Source: an uncultured Acidobacteriota bacterium
Lineage (GTDB): Bacteria; Acidobacteriota; Thermoanaerobaculia; Multivoradales; UBA5704
DNA length: 64,000 bases
Direction of reading: 5' to 3'
Assembly (NCBI GenBank): GCA_963799925.1
Contig: CAWCYZ010000002.1
Location: 2,064,477-2,128,476, forward strand
Each line of letters opens with the position of its first letter. Positions within the stretch are counted from its first letter, which is position 1. Both the position numbers and the translations under genes were made by a program. Below the pieces are notes generated by a model, which was given only the letters and a program-made list of their open reading frames with translations, searched no databases and was not told where the DNA came from. Shown here piece by piece: positions 21,935 to 34,900 of the stretch.

Positions 21935-22228
21935 ATGACGGCGGGCCAACTAACTGAATTCCAGAAGCAGTGTCGGGAATCGATTGGGGGCATGCTGCAT
22001 GACTTGGGCCTTGCCGTGACATACAAGTTGGTGGAGGGGCTCCAGGGAAGTTACCTCATCGGCCGGGTGGAGCGCACCCGAAGCGAAATATACATATACG
22101 CTGACGAGGCAGGATTTTTTGTTGCCGGCAAATGGTTCGGCTACGAAACGCAGGATTTCCCGGATTCTACCGACCTAATTGCTCGTTTATCGCGGGATCT
22201 GAAGGATAAGCTCGAGCCGGAGCACTGA
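21935..22228 (+). CDS. Putative immunity protein for the Rhs toxin tip
   Basis: 97-aa lower-GC ORF immediately downstream of the toxin tip, RBS-like AGGA; assignment is positional. Confidence 0.65.
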   Translation: MTAGQLTEFQKQCRESIGGMLHDLGLAVTYKLVEGLQGSYLIGRVERTRSEIYIYADEAGFFVAGKWFGYETQDFPDSTDLIARLSRDLKDKLEPEH

Positions 22229-22285
22229 CGGGCTGCTGCTGGCGGCCGAGCTACCCAACACCGGCGCCACCCATCACTTTCACCT
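22227..22285 (+). repeat. 59-bp direct repeat, copy 2 (Rhs core scar after the immunity gene)
   Basis: Begins inside the immunity gene stop codon; three mismatches to copy 1. Confidence 0.9.
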
Positions 22286-22376
22286 CCGCCGGCGCCCGCT
22301 GCCTCCGCGCGGCCGTGGAGAACGACCCTGGCGCAAGCGACAAAAGCTATGTAGAATATTCTGAGGAGGAATCCCT

Positions 22377-22709
22377 GTGACAAAGACGATCCTTCGCTAC
22401 TCGTTCCTGGCGGTACTTTCCCTTCTCGTGATCGGGCCTGCGGCAGTGGCGGCCCAGGGGGACATTCGTCCTGCCTGCCCGCTGTTCCAATCGCAGGCCG
22501 ACGTCACCTCCTCGGCGGAGACACCTCTCTTCCTTCCAGATCGCCGCTCAGAGAGGGCAACTCTGATTTGCAGCTCGGTTTGCAGCCATGCCGATTGCCC
22601 CGGCTTACCCGTAGGAAGCCCCTGTGTCAGTCGTCTTGGTCAGCCGGGCACCTGCACGCTCAGCGGCAGAATATGTGGAGACGGTTCGCGACACTGCGGC
22701 TGCGTGTGA
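22377..22709 (+). CDS. Small secreted cysteine-rich peptide
   Basis: RBS GAGGAGG, GTG start, signal peptide (ending AVAA), C-terminal 8-Cys core ending HCGCV. Confidence 0.7.
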   Translation: MTKTILRYSFLAVLSLLVIGPAAVAAQGDIRPACPLFQSQADVTSSAETPLFLPDRRSERATLICSSVCSHADCPGLPVGSPCVSRLGQPGTCTLSGRICGDGSRHCGCV

Positions 22710-23049
22710 TCGCCGACGAGTCCACCACCTCCGAGCCGACCAGTTCGGCATCTCACTGCCAGCCACCTCAGCCGCCCGCGTCGCGGCTTCTGCAGCGGCC
22801 GCGGGACGGAGCCCCGCCGCCTGACTCGGCGAGCGCGCGCTCGGCTCGCCCGTGACATCCGTCTCGCTGGCGACGTCGCCGGCGGTGGAGGCCTCGCGGC
22901 GGAGCAGCGGCACGACGGGCTCGCCTCACGGCCGAGCTTCAGTGCGCTCGGGCTGCTCGCTTGCGCTTCGCCGGCGCGAGCGAGTGGTGAGAGTAATAGG
23001 GCTCCCGGATGGGTCAATCCAGCCGGGACGGATTGAGGTGGTCTCGAAC

Positions 23050-23576
23050 TGCAGAGGAAGTTCCAAGTGACCGAGCTAGACGCCTTCTGGAACGCCGACA
23101 TCACGTACGTTTGGACTGCGGAGGGCTGGCTCTACCTGGCTGTGTTGTTCGACCTGTTTTCGCGTCGAATCGTTGGCTGGGCAACCAACGATCGATTGAC
23201 CGAGCAGCTCGCTCTGTCGGCTCTGGAACAAGCGCTGGTACAGCGGCAGCCCAAGCCAGGCCTTCTCCATCACAGCGACCGTGGGAGCCAATATTCGAGC
23301 CGAAGGTATCGGCAGGAGCTGGCACTCCGTGGTATTGCAGTCAGCATGAGTCGGCGCGGCAATTGCTGGGACAATGCACGTGGCGGAGAGCTTCTTCAGC
23401 TCGCTCAAGACGGAGCTTTCTTAGCAGGTGAACCTGTGCCTCCAACCCGCGACGCTGCACGGCAGGCGCTCTTCGAGTACATCGAGGTGTTCTACAACCG
23501 CAAGCGTCGCCATTCGACCCTTGGCTACATGAGTCCGGTTCGCTTAGAGGAGAATTGGAGGCTTCTCCATGCGTAG
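23050..23576 (+). pseudogene. IS3 family transposase OrfB (rve integrase) C-terminal fragment, frameshifted
   Basis: WNADITY, LYLAVLFDLFSRRIVGW, HHSDRGSQY, SMSRRGNCWDNA, YIEVFYNRKRRHSTLGY. Confidence 0.9.
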
Positions 23577-23590
23577 GCCAGGCCCGCCGC

Positions 23591-23679
23591 GCTATGGAAA
23601 CTGCCGGTTCTGCGGAAATCGTTGCACGATTTCCGCAGCCCCTTGGAAAACGCTGCGCGTTTCCCACAGTTGCCACAGC
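23591..23679. other. Multi-stem structured element between the orfB stop and the IS right end
   Basis: Closing stem 23591-23603/23667-23679; perfect 12-bp hairpin CTGCGGAAATCG-TTGCA-CGATTTCCGCAG (23610-23638); second hairpin TGGAAAACGC-TGC-GCGTTTCCCA. Confidence 0.6.
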
Positions 23680-23821
23680 GCCTACGACGAGGAGTCCCAA
23701 CACAGGTGTCAGCCGAACCGGGGCAGGGTCACTCCCGCCCCAGCGCGGCCGCAGCGCCGCGCCCGCGGCGCTGGACGGGAGGCTGAAGGTTTGATGGGTC
23801 GGCTACGATCGGGCGAGCGCC

Positions 23822-23855
23822 AAGAAAAACGGCGCCGGGCGGGAGCCCGGCGCCG
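23822..23855 (-). terminator. Rho-independent terminator of the 23884-24339 gene
   Basis: 11-bp perfect stem CGGCGCCGGGC/GCCCGGCGCCG, 4-nt loop, followed on the minus strand by TTTTTCTT. Confidence 0.8.
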
Positions 23856-23883
23856 GAGAGATAGAGGGAGGGAGGCGGATGGG

Positions 23884-24339
23884 CTACGGCTGGGCGGCCT
23901 TGGCGAGCTGCTCCTTGGCCGCGGCGAGGGCCGCTTCGGCGTCGGCCATCGCCTTGGCCTGGGTCGCCGCCGCCGCCGCTTTCTCCGCCTTCTCGGCGGT
24001 GCTCAGCCGCTTCGCGCGGGTGACCCGCGGCCGCGGGTTGACGCCGAACTCGAGCAGCCGCTCGCTCTGTGAGCCGAGGGTGAGCTTGAGGCCGGTCGCC
24101 AGACGGCTGCGCAGCGTGCGGCCCTGAGCGGCGATGGTATAGCGCTGCTGGTTGACGTCGCGCAGGTTGGCCTTGTGGAGGTCCTGCTGGCTCTCCAGGG
24201 CGTGCGCCTGCGTGACGACGGCGTCGAGGGCGGCGTAGTCGGCCGCGAGGGCCGGCATGTCGGTCAGATGGGGCTTCAGGTTCTCGACCAGCGACTGCCA
24301 GTCGGTCAGGTTGTCTTTGAAGCTCTGCGGTTGACTCAT
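23884..24339 (-). CDS. Hypothetical helical/coiled-coil protein
   Basis: 151 aa, RBS AAGGAG, high-GC3 codon usage, own terminator; LLEFGVNP motif followed by a basic/Ala-rich tail. Confidence 0.75.
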   Translation of the reverse strand: MSQPQSFKDNLTDWQSLVENLKPHLTDMPALAADYAALDAVVTQAHALESQQDLHKANLRDVNQQRYTIAAQGRTLRSRLATGLKLTLGSQSERLLEFGVNPRPRVTRAKRLSTAEKAEKAAAAATQAKAMADAEAALAAAKEQLAKAAQP

Positions 24340-24938
24340 GGTGTCGCTCCTTTCCCCGCGAAGGGGAAGGTTGCGGCCCCAGCGTGGATCCGTGGGTTAG
24401 CTGGAGGCCAAGGTTGAACGTCTGCTTCCGCGGAGGGCGCGCCTGAGGCACTCGGCCAGAGAGCCCAGACCTCGCCCGACCTGCTTCACCCCGCGAGACC
24501 ACTACCGCCGGTCTGCCCGAGGTTCCTGCCCCTGCATGCCGCCACGGCTGGCTTGGCGTCGGCGAACGCCCGAGACGAGATGATCCACTCAATGTGGAAC
24601 GGCTTCTCGATTCCGTGACGGTAATTCCACCACGTCGTGGCGGAACACTGCCTACGTCCACTTCTTTCTCTATAGGTGCCTCCCCATGGCGATCCATGGC
24701 ATGATTGCCGCCGATCGATGGCGCATATGCTCCACGAACCTCTTGCTCCTGTCAAGAGTGTCGCAAGCGGAGAAGGCGAATCGTGCAGCGACGTCCCACG
24801 GCTCCGGCAGACTGCCACCCCGGTCCTTCCATGAGAAGGCCAGAAAGCAAGCCGCTTTGGCAGATCGCCGCTGAAGTCTGTGTCTACGTCCGAAAGGCAA
24901 GCGGGCACCGCTTCGTCGTCTGGCGAGACGGCGAGGAG

Positions 24939-25270
24939 GGAAATATCGAATGTTCGCTCTATGCAGCGAGCGTCCAGAGGAAATATCGAACGTTTCGTCC
25001 TTGCAGCGAGCGTCACAGAGGAAATGTCGAGAGTTTCGTCGTTGCAGCGAGCGTACAGAGGAAGAATCGAGCGCACTCCTCGTGCAGCCGCCGCAGAGGG
25101 GAAATATCGAGTGTTTCTCCTCAGGCAGCGAGCGCAGGGACGAGATAACGGATGTTTCCCCTTGGCAGCCGTTGCAGCGAGGAAACATCGGATCCTTCCT
25201 CGCGACGAGCGATTCTTCCGCTCTACGCCGAATCTTTCCGCTTTACGCCGGACACTTCAGCCTACCGCCG
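24939..25270. repeat. Degenerate tandem array: seven 40/41-bp units followed by three ~20-bp units
   Basis: Units start at 24939, 24979, 25020, 25060, 25100, 25141, 25181 with consensus GGAAATATCGA-NN-GTTTC-N(4-5)-TGCAGCGAGCG; then units resembling TCTTCCGCTCTACGCCG at about 25212-25270. Confidence 0.8.
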
Positions 25271-25305
25271 CGCCTCCTTCGCCGATTCTTCACGGCGGCG
25301 GGCTC

Positions 25306-25515
25306 TCAAGCGGGGGTGTAGGGATAGACGCCCTTGATCCGGGTGTTCAGGAACCGTCCGGCCGAGTCGGCGTGCAGCAGCTCCTCGTAACGCCGGGGCG
25401 GAACGCCGAGATACCGGTAGATGCGCCCGCCGTGGAACTCCACCTCGAGGACGCGGTGGGAAGGGTCGTAACCGATGCTCGCAAGGCTCGTGGAGTCGAT
25501 CGGGGCACGTCGCAA
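25306..25515 (-). CDS. KTSC domain-containing protein
   Basis: RBS GAGGAGG, TTG start; STSLASIGYDPSHRVLEVEFHGGRIYRYLGVP...ADSAGRFLNTRIKG. Confidence 0.9.
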   Translation of the reverse strand: MRRAPIDSTSLASIGYDPSHRVLEVEFHGGRIYRYLGVPPRRYEELLHADSAGRFLNTRIKGVYPYTPA

Positions 25516-25721
25516 GGAGATCCCTCCTCGCGATAAGGATACCTCAAGGCGGAACTTATGTGGAGCCCAGCGGATTTTCGGCCATCCGATCGTGGCGAGA
25601 AGCGCCCGGCCGTTGCCTCCGATCGCACCAGGATCTTCCTCGATGCCTGAATCGAGGATAGAAGTTGCTGGATTTGGCAACCCTCTGGTTCGCCGCCCTG
25701 GCGGCCGGCTGCGGAAGGCGC

Positions 25722-27209
<1,488 letters not shown>

Positions 27210-27218
27210 GGGCTGAGT

Positions 27219-30138
<2,920 letters not shown>

Positions 30139-30284
30139 AGGGCCGGTCATCGTAACAGACGAAGAAGGCGCGCCATTCCGTTCGCCCGTCGTCGCCAGGC
30201 GCGCCGGTCGAAGCTCTGCGCGGCCGGCGAGCCTCGCCTCTGGTCCGGCCTTTCCCCTTCCGGACCTCCCGCCCACCCTCGCCC

Positions 30285-30803
30285 TCAGCTCCCCAGCCGC
30301 CGGGCGAGGATCTTCCCCACCTGCTCGACGGCGACGGGGCCGGCGGCCTCGAGGAGGTCGGCCAAGGCCCGCGGCGAGCGGACGACGCCTTCCAGCAGAT
30401 GGAGCGCCTCGGCGAGGCGCGGCTCGTAGCGCCTGAGCCAGCCGGCTCCCTGGACACCCTGCTCGCCGTAGACGGCGGCGAGCGGGAAACCGTCCGGGGT
30501 CTCGCGGTCGTCGAGGTGGAAGAGCGGCTCGCGCTCGGCGATGGGGAGGGCGATGGCGAGGAGCCGCGCCGTCTCCTCGTGCCAGAGGACGCCCTCCGGG
30601 AGGTCGCGCTCCGGGTCCTCCCATTCACGGAGCACGGCGATGGCGCCGGGCCGCGCCGTGCCCAGAGCCGGCGCGCACCGCCATGGGCCGGCGAACTCGG
30701 CCTCGCCGGCGGTCAGCACCTCGTCGCGCTCGCGGAGCTGGGCGAGGTAGTCGTTCGAGAAGACGTTGTCGAGGGCGGGACGGTGATCCGAGCGGCTGCG
30801 CAT
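30285..30803 (-). CDS. Hypothetical protein
   Basis: [20 protein letters not shown]..., RBS AGGAG, high-GC3 frame; no family recognised. Confidence 0.65.
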   Translation of the reverse strand: MRSRSDHRPALDNVFSNDYLAQLRERDEVLTAGEAEFAGPWRCAPALGTARPGAIAVLREWEDPERDLPEGVLWHEETARLLAIALPIAEREPLFHLDDRETPDGFPLAAVYGEQGVQGAGWLRRYEPRLAEALHLLEGVVRSPRALADLLEAAGPVAVEQVGKILARRLGS

Positions 30804-30896
30804 GGGACGGTCTCCTGTGCGTGGCGAATGCCGCGGAGGCGCTGGCTCCGACGGCCCGCTCGGTCCGTGCGCGCCGCTCCGGCGCGCCGTCCGCGA

Positions 30897-30937
30897 AGCG
30901 GGAGGAGCGTCCTCCCGAGCGGGAGGAGCGTAGCATA
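30897..30937 (-). promoter_or_regulatory. Candidate -10 element plus 14-bp direct repeat/hairpin upstream of the 30285-30803 gene
   Basis: AGCGGGAGGAGCGT at 30897 and 30918 (21-bp spacing); hairpin CGGGAGGA-GCG-TCCTCCCG; minus-strand TATGCT at 30932-30937. Confidence 0.4.
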
Positions 30938-30970
30938 GAAAGGCGGTAATCGGGCGGTGAAGGGCGGCGG

Positions 30971-31501
30971 TCAGCGCGGCGCGCCGGCAGCTCGCCGTCG
31001 CGGCTCGCCGAGGCGCTTCAGATCGTCGGCGGCGTGGGTGAGGTCGGCGGTGCGGGTGCAGGAGCCGATCTCGAAGACCTTGCGGTCCTTCTTCCAGGAG
31101 GCGTAGACGAGATAGGTGCTGCCCTTTTCGAGGATCGCCGGGCAGCCGTCGCCGCCGCTCTCGGCGACCGCCGTCCCCAGCTCGCCCTTCCAGGCGCACG
31201 AAACCCGCAGGGTGTAGCGCCAGAGGCCGGCGGCGGCGCGCTCGGCGCCGATCACCTGGCCGACGAAGATGGCGTCGGCTGCCTGGCAGGCGTGCTCGAA
31301 GGTGGGCTGGAAGAGGCAGCGGCAGCTCTCGACCGAGCCGTCGGCGCAGGTCGAGTCGCAGGCGTCCGCGCCGCGGGCCGGGTCCTGAGCTTTCGCCGGC
31401 GTCGAGCTCTGGATGCCCGGACCGAAGTCGGACGCCGCCGGCAGGGCGGCCAGCATCATGACGGCGGTGGCGAGCAGGAGCTTAGGAGGAGAGAGGAGCA
31501 T
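30971..31501 (-). CDS. Secreted TIMP/NTR-like Cys-rich protein
   Basis: Signal peptide; CRC...ADAIFVGQV...WKG...C...YLVYA...CTRT pattern of bacterial TIMP-like proteins. Confidence 0.65.
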   Translation of the reverse strand: MLLSPPKLLLATAVMMLAALPAASDFGPGIQSSTPAKAQDPARGADACDSTCADGSVESCRCLFQPTFEHACQAADAIFVGQVIGAERAAAGLWRYTLRVSCAWKGELGTAVAESGGDGCPAILEKGSTYLVYASWKKDRKVFEIGSCTRTADLTHAADDLKRLGEPRRRAAGAPR

Positions 31502-31581
31502 GGCGAGCGAGGATTCTATCGCGTCGCCCGCCTCCGGCAGGAGGCCCCAGACCGCGGGCGGGGTTCCCGCGCCGCGCCGGC

Positions 31582-31965
31582 TCAGGGCTTCGGCGGCCCG
31601 TCGCGCTGAGGCGGCGGCGGGTGCGGCCCCAGGGCGGCGACGCCGCGCTCGCCGGTCTTCAGGCGCAGGGCGTCGTAGAGCGGCAGGACGAAGACCTGCC
31701 CGTCGCCGCGGCGCCCGGTATGGTCGGCGTCGTAGAGGGCGGCGAGGACCTCCTCGACCTCCTCGCTGCGGCAGACGACCTCCAGGCGGAGCCGCTTCGT
31801 CATCGCGACCCCCAGCCGTGCGGGATGCCCGGGGTCCGCCGGGTCGTGCTCCTGGCCGAAGCCCATGGCCTCGGAGACCGTCACGCCGCGCACGTGGTGG
31901 GCCGAGAGCGAGTCGATCACCGCGTCGTAGCGGTCGGGCGGAAGGATCGCGACGATGTAGCGCAT
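31582..31965 (-). CDS. P-II-like signal transduction protein
   Basis: GVTVSEAMGFG, TGRRGDGQVFVLP, ALRLKTGERG; lacks the canonical T-loop Tyr. Confidence 0.85.
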   Translation of the reverse strand: MRYIVAILPPDRYDAVIDSLSAHHVRGVTVSEAMGFGQEHDPADPGHPARLGVAMTKRLRLEVVCRSEEVEEVLAALYDADHTGRRGDGQVFVLPLYDALRLKTGERGVAALGPHPPPPQRDGPPKP

Positions 31966-31998
31966 GGCGTCACTCCTGGAGCGGAAGCCGATGGACGA

Positions 31999-34900
31999 TC
32001 AGGCGACGGGCTCCCGCTCGGAGGTCCGTTCGAAGGTGGGCTCGAACAGCGGATAGAGGAGCGGGAGGACGAAGAGGGTGAGCAGGGTGGAGGTCAAAAG
32101 GCCGCCGACGATCACCACCGCGAAGGGGCGCGAAGTCTCGGCGCCGACGGCGTGCGAGAGGGCCGCCGGCAGCAGCCCGAGGGCCGCCATCGCCGCCGTC
32201 ATCACCACCGCCCGCATGCGGCTCATCGCCCCCTCGCGCACCGCGCCGTCGAGCTCGCGCCCCTCGCCCCGCAGCTCGCGGATGCGCTCGACCATGAGGA
32301 CGCCGTTCTGCACCGCGACTCCGAAGAGGGCGATGAACCCGACCAGCGCCGAGACCGAGAGGTCGATGTCGGCGGCGGCCAGGGCGAGGATGCCGCCGAC
32401 CGCGGCGAAGGGGACGTTGAGGAGGATCAGGCAGGCCATCCGCGTCGAGTCGAAGGCGAGGAAGAGGAGGAAGAAGACGGCGACGAGGGTGAGCGGCACG
32501 ATCACCTCCAGGCGCCCGACCGCGCGCTGCTGGTTCTCGAACGCCCCCGTCCACTCCAGGCGATAGCCGGGCGGCAGATGGAGCGCCGCCGCCACCTTCC
32601 GCTTGCCCTCGGCGACCAGCGAGCCCAGGTCGCGGCCGGCGACCGACAGCTTGACCGCGGTGCGCCGCGCGTTCTCCTCGCGGAAGATGCGGGCGAAGCC
32701 CGGCGCCACCTCGACGCGCGCCAGCGAGCCGAGGACGAGCTTCTCGCCGTTCGGTCCGAGGACGGGGAGGGCGCGGATGGCGTCGAGGTCCGAGACCGCC
32801 GTCGGCACCATCTTGACGATCAGGTCGAAGGTCCGCTCGCCCTCGAGCACCTGGGTGGCGACGGCGCCGCCGAGCCCGGTCTCGATCACCGCCTCGACGT
32901 CGGCGACGGTGAGCCCCGAGCGGGCGACCGCCTGGCGGTCGACGGCGATCTGCACCTGCGGCTGCCCGAGGAGCCGCTCGGCCGCCACGTCGGCGGCGCC
33001 GGGCACGGTCTTCAGCACCTCGGCGACCCGGTCGGCGATCCCCTGCAGCTCGACCGGGTCGTGGCCGAAGATCTTGACCGACAGCTCGGACTTGATCCCC
33101 GAGACCGCCTCGTTGACGTTGTCCTCGATCACCTGCGAGACGGTGAGGTCGATCCCCGGGATCTGCTGCAGGCGGCGGCGGATCGCCGCCGAGAGCCCCT
33201 CGCGGTCGGCGGCGGTCTTCCACTCCTCGCGCGGCGCGAGGTCGACGAAGAGCTCGGCGGTGTCGAAGCCGTTGACGTCGGTGCCGTCATCCGGCCGGCC
33301 GAGCTGGGAGACGACGGCGCGCACCTCCGGGAAGGCCGCCAGCCGGCGGCGCACCTCGGTGGTGATGCGGTCGGCCTCGGTCGGCGAGATCGAGCCCGGC
33401 ATGCTGACCCGCACCCAGAGCGAGCCCTCGTCGAGCTTGGGGAGGAACTCGCTCCCCAGGAGGGCGCCGACGAAGCCGGCGGCGGCGAGGAGCGCCACCG
33501 CCCCGGCGAGCGCCAGGGAGCGGTGCGCGAGAGCGCCGTCGAGCGCCGCGCCGTAGAGGCGCTGCAGGCGCGCGACGAGCCAGGCGTGATGGCCGCGGCG
33601 TTGCCCGCGCAGAGCGAAGGAGAGAAGGGTGGGCACGACGAAGACGGCGAGGAGGGTGCCGGCGAGGAGGGCGAAGGTGAGCGTCAGGGCCATCGGCCGG
33701 AAGATCTTCCCCTCCACCCGCTGCAGCGTGTAGAGGGGGACGAAGGCGGTCAGCAGGATCGCCTTCGAGAAGAGGATGGGCTTGCCCATCTCGGCCACCG
33801 ACTGGACGATCGCCGCCCCCAGCGAGCGCACCTTGTCGCCGCGCTCCTCGAGGATGCGCAGGAGGTTCTCCGTCACCACCACCGCCGAGTCGACGATGAT
33901 GCCGAAGTCGATCGCCCCCATCGAGATCAGGTTGGCCGGGATGCCGCGCAGGTCGAGGAGCAGGAAGGCGCCGAGGAGCGACAGCGGCACGACCGCGGCG
34001 ACGATCAGCGCCGAGCGCCAGTTGCCGAGCCCGAGGAAGAGGACGAGGACGAGGAGGACGAGACCGATCCCCTCGGCCATGTTCTTGCGCACGGTGTGGA
34101 GCGTGCGGTCGATCAGCTCGGTGCGGTCGTAATGGGGGACCAGGCGCACCCCCGCCGGCAGGTCGGAGGCGTCGATCTCGGCGACCTTGGCGCGCACCCG
34201 CGACAGCACCTCGAGCGCGTTCTCGCCCTTGCGCAGGAGGACCGTCCCCTGGACGACGTCGTCCTGGTCGCCGGTGCCGGCGGCCGCTGCGCCCCGCCCG
34301 AGGACCCTGCCGACGCGGCCCAGGCGGAGCGCCGCGCCCTCGGCGACCCGCCCGACGTCGCGGATGTAGACCGGCGTGCCGTTGCTCGCCGCGACGGCGA
34401 TCGCGCCGATGTCGTCGAGCGTCCTGACCATGCCGATGCCGCGCACCACGTACATCTCGCTGCCGTGCTCGATGTAGGCGCCGCCGGCATTTCGGTTGCC
34501 GCTGCCGAGCGCGTCGAGCACCTGCTTGAGCGACACGCCGTAGGACTTGAGCTTGAGCGGATCGACCAGCACCTGGTACTGCTTGGTGGGGCCGCCGAAG
34601 CCCACCACGTCGACGACGCCGGGCACCTGGCGGAGCTGGCGCTCGACCACCCAGTCCTCGAGCGACTTGAGCTCGAGCGGCGAGAAGCCGGGCGGCGCCT
34701 GGAGGGTGTAGCGGAAGATCTCGCCGACGGGCGTCGAGTCGGGCGACAGGCTGGGCTGGGCGCCGGGTGGGAACTGCACCGCCTGCAGCCGCTCGAAGGC
34801 CTGGTCGCGCACGTAGACCGAGTCGGCGTCGTCGTCGAAGACGATGGTGACGACCGACAGGCCGAAGAGCGAGATCGAGCGCATCGACGCCCGCCGGGGG

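Larger units (their letters stand above)
20000..23731 (+). mobile_element. IS3-family element ends enclosing cargo (internally deleted or composite)
   Basis: IRL TGGCCTTGCCCCGGTTTCGCCGGACACC (20000-20027) vs reverse complement of IRR 23705-23731 TGACCCTGCCCCGGTTCGGCTGACACC; TG...CA termini; orfA fragment at the left, orfB fragment at the right. Confidence 0.75.

Noticed and set aside
24939-25270. CRISPR array
   Set aside because: Units are contiguous and degenerate along their whole length, with no unique spacers and no cas genes in the window.
30150-30190. LexA box (GTTC-N7-GTTC type) upstream of uvrA
   Set aside because: The best match, TAAC-N7-GAAG, has two mismatches, which is too weak to call.
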